Shown: in pieces, positions 38,037 through 51,727 of the stretch
How the letters are laid out: every line of letters starts with the position of its first letter
Numbering within the stretch: position 1 is the first letter of the stretch
Assembly: GCF_006345805.1 (NCBI RefSeq)
Contig: NC_042998.1
Coordinates: 153,016,001 to 153,080,000 of the forward strand
Reading direction: 5' to 3'
Source of the DNA: Octopus sinensis
Taxonomy: Eukaryota
Length of the DNA: 64,000 nt
Position numbers and translations under genes: made by a program
The notes under the pieces: generated by a model
The model's input: only the letters and a program-made list of their open reading frames with translations
What the model was told of the DNA's origin: nothing
Databases searched by the model: none

Positions 38037-38258
38037 TGGCCGATGCCAGACCCCTCTGGCACCTGTGCAGGTGGCACGTAAAAAACACCCACTACACTCG
38101 CGGAGTGGTTGGCGTTAGGAAGGGCATCCAGCTGTAGAAACACTGCCAGACTAGACTGGAGCCTGGGGCAGTCCCGAGCTCCCCAGACCCCGATCGAAAC
38201 CGTCCAACCCGTGCTAGTGCGGAAAACGGACGTTAAATGATGATGATGATGATGATGA
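38037..38258 (+). mobile_element. RTE 3'-end fragment, nearly identical to 5503-5723
   Basis: Shares the diagnostic cactgccagactagactggagcctggggcagtcccgagctccccagacccc; (GAT)n tail. Confidence 0.9.
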
Positions 38259-38877
38259 ATTCATTATAATTTATTATAAATTTATATGTTAGGTACAATG
38301 CTAATATTAGGCTTTGTTCCTTGTAACTAGTTAGACTTAGCTATTACTTAGTGTAGGAAAATAAAATTGTGATGAATTTATTCTTTCTCAATTCATTATG
38401 ACAACTATAGTAATCAGTGTGTTACACTTTTTAATGGCAGTAACTTAATTATTTGCTGTATCTTAGGGGATACTAATGCTTTCATACTTTTTGTGTGAGA
38501 AGAAATTTTCCACATCTAGAGATTAGTTTGTTGTTAGCCTTTTAAAAAAAATTTGGGAATTTTGTTAATTTTAACAACTCCTGAGGGTTTTCACTATTAT
38601 GGTACAGTATTATTTTTGCTACTGTATAGATTTCTAATCCAAACCCTGATCTAAATTTAGTTTAACAATATATTATATTTATCTAGGTGTTCAATTCAGT
38701 TCATTTAAAATAATTTGGTATATTTATTTTCAAATTTTAAAGATTCTTAATATATGACAGGCTCACCTCAAATACTTGGCAATCAGGCATTTCACCAGTT
38801 GCTGATATCTTGATTTAGTCCTGATAATACATTGTTACCATAATTCTAATAATGCTATTCAAATATTTTCTTTCTAG

Positions 38878-39037
38878 GGTTTACTTTAAATCACTTGATT
38901 GGTCAGAAGGGTGGTTTTGAGTCTCTCTCTGATTACTGGGATGTAGCAACATTCTTTGAGATGAGTGTACTTGGTGAAAACTATGCAAAAGTGTCTCAAG
39001 CTGCCATGTGTATGTTTAGACTGAATCCTCCAAATTG
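38878..39037 (+). CDS. ASK1: ASK-family MAP3K, internal coding exon B
   Basis: ttttctttctag acceptor, gtaaag donor; (G)[52 protein letters not shown](W), containing the conserved [10 protein letters not shown] motif; joins exon A in frame. Confidence 0.95.
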
Positions 39038-39782
39038 GTAAAGTATTTTTCTATTATTTTTTATGCATATTTTATGTTACATTTTTCTTTGTTTCCTTTA
39101 AATACTTTTTTGGAAAACATTCTGTCAGTCTATCCAAGATGTTTTATTTAAATCTCAATACTGATATACTGGTTTTGTGGAAGTTTATTTTCAGAGATTA
39201 TTTCTGATAACAATTCTTTTAATTTGTTACAGTTTTTAGAAACATGTGATGCTACATAATAGAGAAATGTTGGCATTGAAGATAGCTGGTTTGTATTTAT
39301 AAAGTATGAGTTGGATGCAAAATGTTTATTGAGTAAAAGGTTGAACAGATGTATAATGAGAAAAGGGCTGAACATCAAAGAGATTGCTGTGAAAAAAATG
39401 TCATTAGTTATCTGCAGTACAGTTATGTCTTGGAAGATTTGAACACTAGCTCTTACTGAGTGATGACACAGAATTGAGATGCATTGATTGATAGTGTACT
39501 GGAGATTGTTTTGAAGCCAATCCAACTTGAAACAATCAGTATTCTAAATCATCATCATTGTTCTTGTTTTATTATCCCATGTCATCATCACTGTTGTTGC
39601 TACTGCTGGAGAGAAAGCTACCTTGTGTTGACTTGGAATTACTGTTTTAAATATTCTTTCAAATTGAGCAAGATCTGGATCTATTAGCTGATCACTCTTG
39701 TACATGAGTCAGCTGTTTTGCCATTTTTGTTACTACTTCTGTTGTGATGTTGGTGTTGGCATGTGGTTATTCTTTTCTTTTA

Positions 39783-39952
39783 TTCTTTTACTTGTTTCAG
39801 TCATTTGACTGCAGCCATGCTGGAACAAATCGACTCCAGGACTTATTCTTTGTAAACCTAGTACTTATTCTATTGGTGTCTTTTGCTGAATTGCAAAGTT
39901 ACAGGGACATAAACACACCAACATTGGTTGTCAAGCAATGGTGGGGAGAAAA

Positions 39953-39985
<33 letters not shown>

Positions 39986-40120
39986 ATGGGCTCCTTTCAG
40001 TTTCTGTCTACCAAATCCACTCACAAGGCTTTGATCGGCCCAAGGCTATAGTAGAAGATACTTGCCCAAGTGTCATGCAGTGGACTGAAACTGGAACCAT
40101 GTGGTTGGGAAGCAAGCTTC
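39783..40120 (-). mobile_element. tRNA-derived SINE, same family, older copy
   Basis: cttttacttgtttcagtcatttgactgcagccatgctgga ... (CA)n ... ccaaatccactcacaagg ... ggactgaaactggaaccatgtgg. Confidence 0.87.
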
Positions 40121-42888
40121 TTTATTTCATTACATTTGCCATAAAGGCAGTACATAGAGTAAAGTAGCTTTGCGGGCTGGACAAGGACATTAATGAAATG
40201 AATGATAATGAAATAAAGATGAGAAGACATAAAGCGCCCGCCAACTTCTGCTTCTCTAAAACATTGTTCTTTAAAACCAAACACAAAACGAGGTATTAAA
40301 CCTCTTACAACTTTTACAACTTTTCAATTTTTGGACTTAACAGTCCATTACAAACAACAACATAATTCAATAATTACATATGATATATATAAAAACAATA
40401 CACAAAGCCCCTCCTCCCAGACCTGGCTTACGCTTCCCTTAGGCAATGCTCCAGCTCTAGGTCGGGGCCCCAGAAGGCGTATCTAAGCATGCGCTTTGAG
40501 GTGTTCACTACCCTGACCGAATGGCCTCTGCAGATAGCTGTGGAGGTCATAACATTTGACATGATGTAACCGAGCGATGCTGACATAGAACCCGCTTTGT
40601 TCTTGAATGAGGCGTGGAGGATGGAGGAAGATGCGAGCACAAGTGTTGTTGAGGGTGAGTTATAAATTGTGGCACTGTGTGACACAAACATTTGATAATA
40701 GGCACTTCACCTTCTTTCTGAACTCCTGGCTATCAACGTGGTCTGCTCTGCAAGCGGCTAGATATTTGACTGGGGGTCCGGAAGGAGGAGGAAGGGAAAG
40801 GTAATAATGTATTTTTGATGTTTGATTGACTTTTTGATTTTTATGTAAGTAAAGAGCCTGTGATTGTAAGGCCTCCATGGCCAATTTGATAAAATAAAGA
40901 GGCTTGCTTCCCAGAGTTCGCCGGTTAAATATACTAAAACACGGAGTAAAAGCAACCATTCTGATCATTTTGGCCGCCATGGGTTTTGCACTAAATCATC
41001 CATAACTTTTGTATTATCCTCTCAAATTGCACTAAAATCTCAGACAATAACAATTAATATTGTATTTATTGTCTGTGAAAATTATAGAATATAAAACTAC
41101 TTTGATAAAAACTTATACTTACTTTTCTGATGAAAACAATGCCGTTCTGAACATTTTGGCCGCAACTGTAGTTATCACCTGGATTTCCTGAATGGATCAT
41201 CCAGATCATGTTTAGGTAGTGTTTTTGTTATGTCAGTGGATAACGATAGTGTAGGGTACCCACAGTTTTGGTTAGTTGGCTAAACAGATTGCATGTTTGT
41301 GATCTGTCTTGTCAGCTTTACAAGACACATGAACAAGTCATAGTTATTGAAAGTTGAATGCATCATTCATTGCATGGAAAACTTACAAAGATCAGATTGG
41401 CAGATCAGTTAGACATGATGGTGGCACCATAACCAAGAGTCAGTGGGTCTTTGTTCAGAGAAAATAATGAAGAATTGATGATAGAAAATACTAGATTTGA
41501 GTGGGAGTCAGTAGGAAAACCTAAAGGAAATGTTTGGAAAGGCACTATATCAAACATGTTGGTAACTAGAATGTTTCTCAACTGTTTCTTTGGTGTGAAG
41601 TACAGTGGTTGGGCCATTTAAGGTAAGGCATATGCTTTTGCATGCTAACAAACAAACGCCACTTAGTGAGCCTGAGTGGCAGTAGTGTGTTGTGGAATAA
41701 TAGCTACAGTTTGGTCTTTGATAGCTCATGATAAATAAACATGTATCTGATTCCAAGTAGATATTTGCAGTTTTTTAGTGATACTTTATGACTTTTTTAA
41801 ATGTTATGCTGGAGGTGTGGATTTCAGTCCTTAGATGATGGTCCTATCCATTGTGAAAAAAAGCTGCAGCCAAAAGCCAATAATAAATGTGAGATACAGG
41901 AACAGCTAAGTAGTTATAGAAGAAGAAATTCCAAGTTTTAGATGATCTGCTCTAAGAGTTTCATAGTTACATGCAAAGTTTGCTACCTCTTGTTTTTGAA
42001 GATATTTATTACAATAGACAGCAGACTAGGTTCATTTTATGTTGTGTAAAGTAAGGAGTGGCCGTGTTGCAGAAAGATGCGACCAGGTTGGTCATTATTG
42101 ATAAATTCATGGAGGGTTAAAAATGTGGGCCAAAGAGATTTGCACTGCTCCCTGGGTGTGCTGCCAATGCTGCACAGATATATGTACTTCCCAGCAGATC
42201 TAATGAGCTTAACATGCACTGTCTGCATTATATACCAAATCCATTGTAAAGCTCTGCCACTTAAATATCAAGGGAATCCTGGTTGTTTTTTTCTGTCTGC
42301 TGGCCAGAGGGAAAGAGATAGTATGGGTGTCATTTGGTTGGATCTTGAGCAGGTCTTTTACTTTTTTAATAAAATCTCAAATTTTTCAAGGGCCACTTGA
42401 AGTGGAAGAGAAAGTGCTACTGTCTAGTAAGTTAGAGAAAGGTTGTTGTTGGTTAGTTTGAATTGGTCATGATTGAGAAGACATAATTGTTCCTTTGTTA
42501 CTTTTTCAGAAATAGTGTAATATATAATTAAAAGTGTCCTTTTCTTAGATGGTAAGATGTGATCTCAGGAAGATTTAAAAGTTATTTTTGTCAGGCTAAG
42601 TGTCCACATAGGGACTGCTTGATCATTCTACTTAGGGAAAGGTTATTGTGCACTAACTAGTTTAGTGTAGATGAAAGGATTTATAACAAGGAGAAAACAC
42701 TTGCTATTGAAAGATATTAAGAATTTATGGGGTACACATTTGACTTGGCTGGCCATCTTTGTTTTGGGGCATTTCATCCCATTTCTAAGTGTTTTTTCTT
42801 TTTGTAGCATATCTTTGAAATTTATTGCCTTTGTAGCCATAAAAAAAATATATAATTAGTATAATTATTATTATTATCTCAACTACAG

Positions 42889-42982
42889 GTATCTAAAGTC
42901 TACCATTGGCAATATTAAGCTAATTAGCAAGTTTCGGAAATCAGAACCAGATCCAAGTAATTACTCAAAATCTGAAATGACG
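42889..42982 (+). CDS. ASK1: ASK-family MAP3K, internal coding exon C
   Basis: ctacag acceptor, gtaggt donor; (W)YLKSTIGNIKLISKFRKSEPDPSNYSKSEMT, containing the conserved WYLKSTIGNI; joins exon B in frame. Confidence 0.93.
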
Positions 42983-43180
42983 GTAGGTTTTTTTTATCTT
43001 TTAATGCCAAATCTTGCTAACAGTTCTCATAGTGTAGTTAAGTTGCTAAAAATATTTGGCTTACTTAATACACTAGAGAAAAAAAAAAACATTAATTACC
43101 ACTTACTATTTCTTAAATATCTAAAATCGTTGTCAAAATGAAATTAAAGTGTCTGTGTATCTACTGTTATTTCTTTACAG

Positions 43181-43249
43181 CAATTTCATTTCTGGATGGA
43201 ATTTTTTGTTGATGCAGTGGAAGAAGTTATAACTTTCGTTCAATTTCCG
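43181..43249 (+). CDS. ASK1: ASK-family MAP3K, internal coding exon D
   Basis: ttctttacag acceptor, gtatgt donor; QFHFWMEFFVDAVEEVITFVQFP (conserved FWMEFF...FP); phase 0. Confidence 0.9.
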
Positions 43250-45699
43250 GTATGTTATTTCTTGTAAATTAGTGAGTTATTTCTGAAATTACAAATGATT
43301 GTTATATTGTGATTCAAGGGAAGATACACTAGAATGGTTTCTTAAAAAATATTTAAGTTAAGCATTCAATACATCACTCCTAAACTTAATAAGAAAAAAA
43401 AAAGGTAGAGAAGTATTAGAATACTGTTATTTTGATTTGTCCTGTACCTTATAAACTCCATTAAGATTGACATTCATCTCTTTAGAGGTTGATAAAGTAA
43501 ATGAAAGTGATATTTCTGACTAGAGTTAGTATAATCATGCATTAAGTTTTTGTGAACTTTTTTTGGTCAACACTATATTTCGATTGGTATATTACTTTGA
43601 CAATCAACCTATTGTAATGTAGTTACTCGTTGCCAAAATTGTTGTATTGCCAATTGTTATGATAATACTTTTTCACACTATAATCATGTAGTAACAATGA
43701 AACAGATAATGAAACAGAGTAACAACAATGTAACAATCCAACAAACTCTCCACAAACTATACACGAACCACCAAACAATATTCCAACAAACTATCAAAAT
43801 GACACCTTTCGACTTCCTGTGATTAATGCTTACTGTCTCTCACTCAGACTGCTACTATTTATAATTGTTTGGTCAAGTCTGTTCTTGCAGGGAGTGATGT
43901 GACTCTTGCCACAACATAATCCATTTCAGTTTTATGGGTTCAGTCACTGTCATCCTTTTACTGTTGGTTTTACATTATGCATGAGTGTTGCAGCATTGCA
44001 TGAGTGCATGAAGTGACATTAACATCTACTATAGTTAATATTTATGGTAAGTTTCTCAGCATTTACATATACATTCCTGTTAGTCATTTCATTGCTATAT
44101 CCAGCTGCTTTCTAGGCATAAATGATTATATATACATACACAATCATACATACTTATACACAAACATGTTGCTTAAATGATATCCAGTATCTTCCAGAGG
44201 AAAGACTGCATCATGATAAATATAGGCAATGCCTCTTTTATTAAATCAAAACATCAAAACAAAGAAATAGGTGGAACATTCCCATCAAATTTTCTTCCAA
44301 GTGTGAACATATTTGTTTGGGGACAAAAGAAGGATCATATGCAGTTATAGATGTCAACTGTTTTTCTATGTGAATATATCTTTCAAAATCAGTTAGAAGA
44401 ATATTGATGGACAATTGGTTTGAGCATATAGCTACTCTACCTTATTGTAAATTCACATTTGTACCTATAATTATTGGTGTACTTCACGATGATAATAAAT
44501 GTTTAAGTGACTATCTTCAAAAGCTAGAATTTTCAGACAAAGAAGGCTGACTCACACATTACAAATACAATCTGTAAGAGGAGCAGTAAAAATTATGCAA
44601 AGCTTTTTCTAATGTTCAACATGTAATACTTATTGCTAATGCTATCAAAATTCTAGTGATGAATTTGTTCTTTGTTAGAGAACAGCTCTTGTAGGAAAAA
44701 TTAAAATAATTAAAACAAAGAATAAAGAAACATAAACATGTACACACATACATGCACATACATACCCGCACATACACACACACATGTGTAGTTACCAGCC
44801 AGCTGATAACCACATGCATGTATAAACAAGTTGGTTTTTAAGCCACAAGTTGTATAGAGAAAGATGAACACAAATAACATCTTAACGAAAAAAGTCACCT
44901 CTCAAGAGGATTTAAACTCATTCTGATCTAAAATCTGTGCTTTGAAAGACTGACTTTTCAACACTCAGTTGATTTTGTAGACTTGGGTCTGACAGAGATT
45001 GACAAAGGGTATGTTTCATACCATATTATTATCATGAAACTGATCACTATGATTCTTCTTGAATGCATGCACATCAGTTTTCAAAGAATACATAAAGTCC
45101 TAAATGTTTTCCAGGAAGCATTAAAGCTAAGATCAGCAAATTTATTGAATGCAGTTTTTTGAATGTTTTGTTGTATCAGTTTAGCTACATTAATATATTT
45201 AGGTTTGTTTATCCCATTCATATGGACCTTTTTTTCTGAATTTGAAGTTTGAGTTTTCCTCCTACCAATTTGGGATTCATTACTACATGTTCTGTAGAAT
45301 ATGTACATTACAAAGATCTTAAATATCATCTTTATGAATGACTATTTTGGACCTTAGATGCATCCATGTGACTTTGTTTTAGGTTTTGATGGAAAAGGGT
45401 GTAACTGATTGTGAAATTCAATTCTGAGCAAAGTTAAAGTAAGAATAAGCCATTGCTATTTACTTTTCCAATGCTGAAGTGGCCAAGCACATTCAAGTTC
45501 TCATGATTACTTTCATTTATGTTAAAGTAACTAAGGATTTTCAACTTTACATGCTTTTGGGACTCATGTAATGACTACATTTTGTACTGTTTCTGTGAGT
45601 TGAAACATAAACTTAGAAAACAGATGCATACCATCCACATAGAGTAGGAACTGAAGTTTCATAGTGCAATTGTTTATACTGCACGGACTATCTTTTTGT

Positions 45700-46690
45700 T
45701 CAAGTAAGTTGTTCTGATAGCAAAGCAAACTCTACCATCTTACGGTTTCTATGATCTTCTGTATTCATATTATTGTATATATCTTCTTCACCCCAAAGTT
45801 TAAAATTTTAAGTCTCAACCCCTTCTAGTAGTTCAGATGATGCATACAAGACATATTTTTCGTGTTGGACCAGATTGCTTCAAATTCCATAATGAGCTAA
45901 ACACTGTGAGGTGGCCATGACAATAATTCAGATAACTGAGAACAAGTACCTTTCACAGAATCAGATCATTTCTTTTTCTCTTGATCTAAATGTTCTCAGT
46001 ATCTATCCTTCCCCTCATCTGCACATTATTGATGCTTTAGTCTTTTTTTATTACTCAGTATAGTTCCCAGGTCTTGTACAAAATCTTATTCTGTATATTT
46101 CAGTTACAATCATGATTGGAGAAAGTTGAGAATTATTTGGAACCTTCCAACATTGAATTGCATTCTTTTTATCAACCCACCTGTTTATCAAGTTGAGATC
46201 CTTTTCTAGGTCTTTGATATTATCTGAACCTTTGCCTTTGATATTTTGATGTCATCAACATAGCTAGTGAGAGTAACTGTTAAAGAGCAAGAATGTATTG
46301 GATTTAGCTATTACAAACAATAATAGTCACAAGACAATTTTCTACTCATAACAAAGCTTATTATGAGCATATCTGAAGTTTTTCCTACTTCTTCCATGTC
46401 TCCATGTACCATTAATGAGATTAAAGTTGATTCAATTATTTAGTTTTGGTGATTTCTGGTGGTGGTATCTTTTTTGCTGTTTGTGTATCAACTTTTGACA
46501 GCATTTATGCTTTTTCTGACTTATTTACTTCTATTGATGATGTTGTAAAATTGTCTCTGTATTCTTGGTATCATTCGTTTTTCAATGTGAGCTATTAGTG
46601 AATCTACTGATTCTGCAGGAACATTATTGTCATTTGTTTTCATTTATCTCGTTGTTTTTAGTATTCATCATCTTGCTGAGCTGCTTCATA
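45700..46690 (-). mobile_element. Highly degraded CR1/L2-group LINE RT remnant
   Basis: Minus strand near 46160-46270 reads SYVDDIKI...DLEKDLNLINRW...MQFNVGRFQ; near 45900 it reads LVLSYLNYC. Confidence 0.55.
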
Positions 46691-49600
46691 AAAACTTAAT
46701 CTAAACTAAAGGACCAGGAAAATTCTCATTTCATTTAATCTGCTGATGGGCGGTTGGTGCCAGTTGAGGTGATGATTCTGTGGAAGCATGGATTCTGTGT
46801 GTGCTGTCATCTGCTGTGGGTGTTGTAGGTCTTGGTTGTGTCGTCACTGATGCTGCAGGTGTTGCACATGTTATCCTTGATAGTTTTGGTGTTTGGCTGT
46901 TGTGGGCCCTGTTTCGTCTCAGCTGCTTACCAGATTCAGTTTCTATAATATATGATCTTGGAGTTTTGGCTCTACTGACGACTTGCGCTGGGATCCATGT
47001 TTTGGTTATAGGATCTTGAGTATGCACATGTTGTCCCCCAAGCATCTCAAGTAAGTATTGTGCATGTTTGTTGTAATATTTCTGTCCTTGTTCTTGAGTG
47101 GCTACTAGCTTTGCCCTTGTCTCTTCCTGGTCAATAGCAGGCTGGATATTTGTTGGCAGGGTGGTTTTGTATTTCCTGCCATTCAGCATTTCTGCTGGGG
47201 ACTTCATGTCAGCCCTCAGTGGTGTCGCATGTAGGGACAGAAGTGTAAGGTGTGGGTCTTCCTTAGTTTCCTGGGATTTGACTTAGTGTTCTCTTGACTG
47301 TCTGCACCTGTCTTTCTATGAGTCTATGACCTTTGGGGTAGTGTGGAGATGAGGTTATAATGTTGAATCCATACTCATTGGCTAACTTTTTGAATTCCTG
47401 AGATGTGAACTGTGTTCCATTGTCACATATGATCTGCTCTGGTATTCCTTGCTCTGCTTGAAGCCCTTGAGCCACTGTAGTTACTGTTTTGGCTCTCAGG
47501 TCTTTCACTTTTCTCACAAATGGGAATTTAGAGTAGTACCAGACCATAATCAAGTACCATTCTTGGTTCTCTGTGAACAGATCTGCTCCAATAGCTTGCC
47601 ATGGCCTTCTTGGGATGTCACTGGGTATCATTTCCTCCTTTTATTGTGAGTTTCCGTACTTTTGACAGATGTGGCATGAAGAAACCATCTTTTCTATGTC
47701 TTTGTACATATATACCCAATATACAGCTGACTTGGCTTGGAGTTTGCATTTTTCCATTCCCAGATGACCTTGATGGGTCTTATCAAGAATCTCTTTTTGC
47801 ATTGATTTGGGTATGATTATTTGGGGTCCATCCATCATGACTTCATTCTCCACTGATATGTCATCATGGATGGCCCAATATTCACAAATGAAAGGTTGCA
47901 CCTGATGTCTCTTCTCTGGCCACCCCTGAATCACCATCTGAGTTCTTCATTTCTACTGGCCTCCTCTTTCATTTGTTCCAGCTTTGTATTTGTCACATTT
48001 ACAATGTAGTGGACCTTTACACTGAGTCCTTCCATCTCCTGTTTATCATGTGACGACAGTCTGAAAAGAGCATCCGCCAATATCAGGTCTTTTCCTGGCT
48101 TGTACCTGATATTGTAGTCGTACTTTTGGAGCCTCAACAGTAACCTTTGCAGTCTGGTTGGTGCTTTTGTGAGGTTTTTTTTCTGTCTATTTGTTCAAGA
48201 TGGCGATGGTCCGACTCAATATTGAAATGTCTGCCATACAGGTATGTATGAAATTTTTCACAGCCGTAGACTACTGCCAGGAGTTCCCTTTCTATATTTG
48301 CATACCTTATCACTGTGGGTGAGAGAGCTTTCGAGGCATATGTAATAGGTTTACTTTCTTGTATCAGTACTGCGCCAACTCCTCTCATAGAAGCATCGAC
48401 TTGGAGTGTTACTGGTTTGCGTCTGTCATAGTACTGCAGAGTTGTCTCCTTGCTGTTGAGCTTTTTGATTGTGTTGAAATCCTATGTATGTGAAGCACAC
48501 CAATCAAACTCTATGTCATCTTTCATGAGCTCTTTCATTAGCTCTTTGCACGGTGATTGGCTAGCTTGGGTATAAATGCTCCCATGTAGTGGATGAGTCC
48601 TAGGAGGTTTCTGAGTTCTTTCTTATCTTTAGGTTCTTTGATGTCACTGATGGCTTCCACTTTAGTGGGGTCTTGTTTCACTCCCAGAGTATATCAATCC
48701 AAAGAATTTGCACTCTTTTGCTTTGATCACACATTTGTCTGCATTGAGTTTGATACCTGCTTGTTGGATTTTCTCCATAGCTTCATGTAAATTGTAGTTA
48801 TGTGTGATCTCATCCTTGCCATACACTTAGATATTGTCTGCTCTCTTATAGCCTTGGTAGGTCTCATCTACTTGGTGCTGCAAGACATCTTGGCTCACCT
48901 TCAACCCCAATGGGAATCAGTTGAATCTGTATCTGCTAAATGGTGTGTTGAAGGTAGTGAGCATGGATGATTCTTTGTCTATCTTTACATTCCAGTACCC
49001 ATTACTGGCATCCAGTTTGCTGCATATCTTAGATTCAGCTAATGATAGTGTGATTTCTTCAAGGGTTGGAATTGGATAGTAATCTCATTTTAATGCCTTG
49101 TTCAGATCCCTGGGGTCAAGGTATATTCATAGGGTACCATTGGGTTTTCCTTTAATTACAATTGAATTCACCCAGTCAGCTGGTCATGTCATTTTGTTGA
49201 TTGTTTTTTTTTTCCCATTCTGTCCAACTCTGCCTTCAGCTTCTCTCTTAATTCTAGCAGAACATGGTGAGATGGGTGAACAATTGGCTTGGCATTGGGG
49301 TTGACTGTTATATCGTATCAACATTTCTCAAAACACTCGAGTGTGTCATCAAAACATTCTGGGTACATGCTCATCAGTTCATCTTTATTTCTGATTGTTG
49401 GTTGGTCTTTGATAGGCATATATGTGTCAATCCTGCTTGAAGCTGCCTTCACTTCACTGTTGATTGCCACAATATTGAGCTGTTGACAGGTATCAAGTCC
49501 AAGAATTGCAGTTGCTGCTGTTCTTGTGCCATAAAAAGAACACATGATTTTTCTTCCTTTGTGTGTCCCTGTAATAGATGTTTTGCTCAGTTGTGGAATC

Positions 49601-50811
49601 CTGGTACCTCCATATGCAGTTAGGATTACATCACTTGGTGTGAAGATTCCTTCTTATCCTCTTGTGTCATATATTCTGGGAACATCTTTTTGTAGAGGTT
49701 GACAGGCAAGATATTACTCTGGGCTCCAGTGTCAATCTTTAGGTCAATGTTTATTTGTTTCTTGCCTGACTTCTTTTGTATTTGTATTGTTGTGTATGCC
49801 TTATTTTTTTCCAGTTGTCATTTCCCATCTCATGTACATTTCTTGTGCTGACTGCCAAGAATTCCTCCTCTGAGGTGTTTTCTTCCTGTTGTTGGGCATG
49901 TACATCTCCATGTCTTCTCCTTCCACTCCTCTTTGAAAGTTGGGGCTTGTATTTGTGAGATTTTGTTAGTATTTGTGAGATTTTTTTTCCAGTGGTTGGG
50001 CTTTCCACATGCTTTGCAGTATGTACCGAATGCAGGACATTTCCTCTGGTCATTGAACTCATGGTCTGTACCACAGTACTGGCATGTTCTTTGCTTGTGG
50101 GTGTGTTTCATCCTATGTCTAGATACAATATCTACACTGCTGCCTATTGTGTTTGTTTGAAAGCTAAGTGAAGCCATTTGTTTTGTAGTGGCTTCAAATG
50201 CTCTTGCAGTGTCTACTGCTTCTATCAACTGGAGAGCATCCTTACCTATGAGGGATTTTTGGACTTCTTTATGAGCACACCCCCATATAAGTTGATCAGC
50301 AAACCTTCCGTCCTTGTCCTTGAATCTGCATTTCTGGGAAACATCCTTTACTCAGGACAGGAAGTTGTCAATCATTTCTTGTGAGTCTTGTTTCTGGAAT
50401 TTGTACCTATGAATTTTATGGTTTTTTATGGGTTCTAGGTGTCTTTCAGATTTCTCTAAAAGTGTGTCTGGATTACAGCAATCTGATTCTGACATGTCCC
50501 AACTATTGAATAGGTCTAAACCCTTCTCTCCCGTCCATAAAAGGATGTAGCTTACCTTTTCATCGGCAGTTGTAACTTTCAAGAAGCTGTTGAAAGCCAA
50601 TTGACTTTTCTGTTTGAATTTCTTGAACGCTTCCATAATATCATCAGCATCCCAGTTCATGGTCGGATGTAGATTCATCTGTATGGCGATGGGGGCTGAC
50701 ATTTTGGATCCTCATGTGTGTCCAAAGACAGTTTGTTAAATTTTAGGCTTGTTGTGTTCCTGTTTTGTTGTAAAGGCATGGTTTTTGATTAAGTATTTAT
50801 CGCTGCTACCA
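46690..50811 (-). mobile_element. Gypsy/Ty3 LTR retrotransposon internal region (gag, PR, RT, RNase H, IN), frameshifted
   Basis: Gag zinc knuckles CQYCG...CPAFGTYCKACGKPNHW; protease KIDTGAQSNILP; RNase H DASMRGVGAVL and YANIERELLAV; integrase HQGHLGMEKC, PWQAIGADLF, CDNGTQF. Confidence 0.94.
50801..50811 (-). promoter_or_regulatory. Primer-binding site of the Gypsy element, directly after an LTR end
   Basis: Minus strand ...taaca|tggtagcagcg; TGGTAGCAG is complementary to the 3' end of animal initiator tRNA-Met. The LTR extends right from 50812 and its far end is not defined. Confidence 0.65.
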
Positions 50812-51727
50812 TGTTATGTATTCCTTGGTTTGTGTTGGGACCATAAACAACTCATTGAAAACGTTATTATGATTCTACTTGTTTATTTACTTGGCATGTT
50901 TACAAATGTGTCTGTATAGTGGTGTGATACACACTGTGAGTATTCGCTTTATTCACAGTTCATACTCTTTACTAGATACGCTAAACAAAATAGTACTAAT
51001 AATGGAGATGTATTCATATATACATATACCTGTGCATACACATAGACATGAACATATAAAAACTATTTTGAGACTTTCATTTTGTTTTGTATGTTTATAC
51101 ATAGGTATGTTCTTAGTTGCATTAATATGATTCACTGGTGCATGTACTGACTTTGTTGGTGCTTTATTGTCATCTGTATTTTTGGAGGGGCATTTCTGTG
51201 TCTTTAGTTCACTTTCTGATTTATATTGATTATCTTTTACTGTCTCTCTTATCTAAGAGTAGTTTACATATGGCATATATTTTCTCCTATATCTGATTTA
51301 TGGCTTAAAAACATTAGTAGAAATTGCTAACTGATTAATAATAAATAGTGTCACTTAAGCTGATATATAAATCCTTTCTTTACACTTTATGAGAGTAGCG
51401 GTAGGTGTTAGGTAACCACATGCACATACCATCTGAAGATAATCAGAAAAGCAGAAAATTCAACTAACTGAAATGTATATATGAGCTGATTTATTTTGAC
51501 TTTTAGTATTTTAGTGAAAATGAAGTTGATTGGCTGGACAAAGTGAAATCTTTCATGGTATACAGTGAAGGGTACTAAATTCAGAAATATCATTAACTGA
51601 ACATGCTTGTATTTTTCTCTGTATATTTTTCTCTTCTTTCTTTCTTTTGTTGCTCTCCTCATTATTGTTACAATATTATATTTACTATGAACTTTAATAG
51701 CTTTTTTTTTAAACAGTTTGTTCAATT

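Noticed and set aside
42205-42260. FTMDLVYNADSAC* on the minus strand, reminiscent of pogo/Tigger YNADETG
   Set aside because: One short motif followed by a stop; no TIRs or further transposase motifs could be confirmed.
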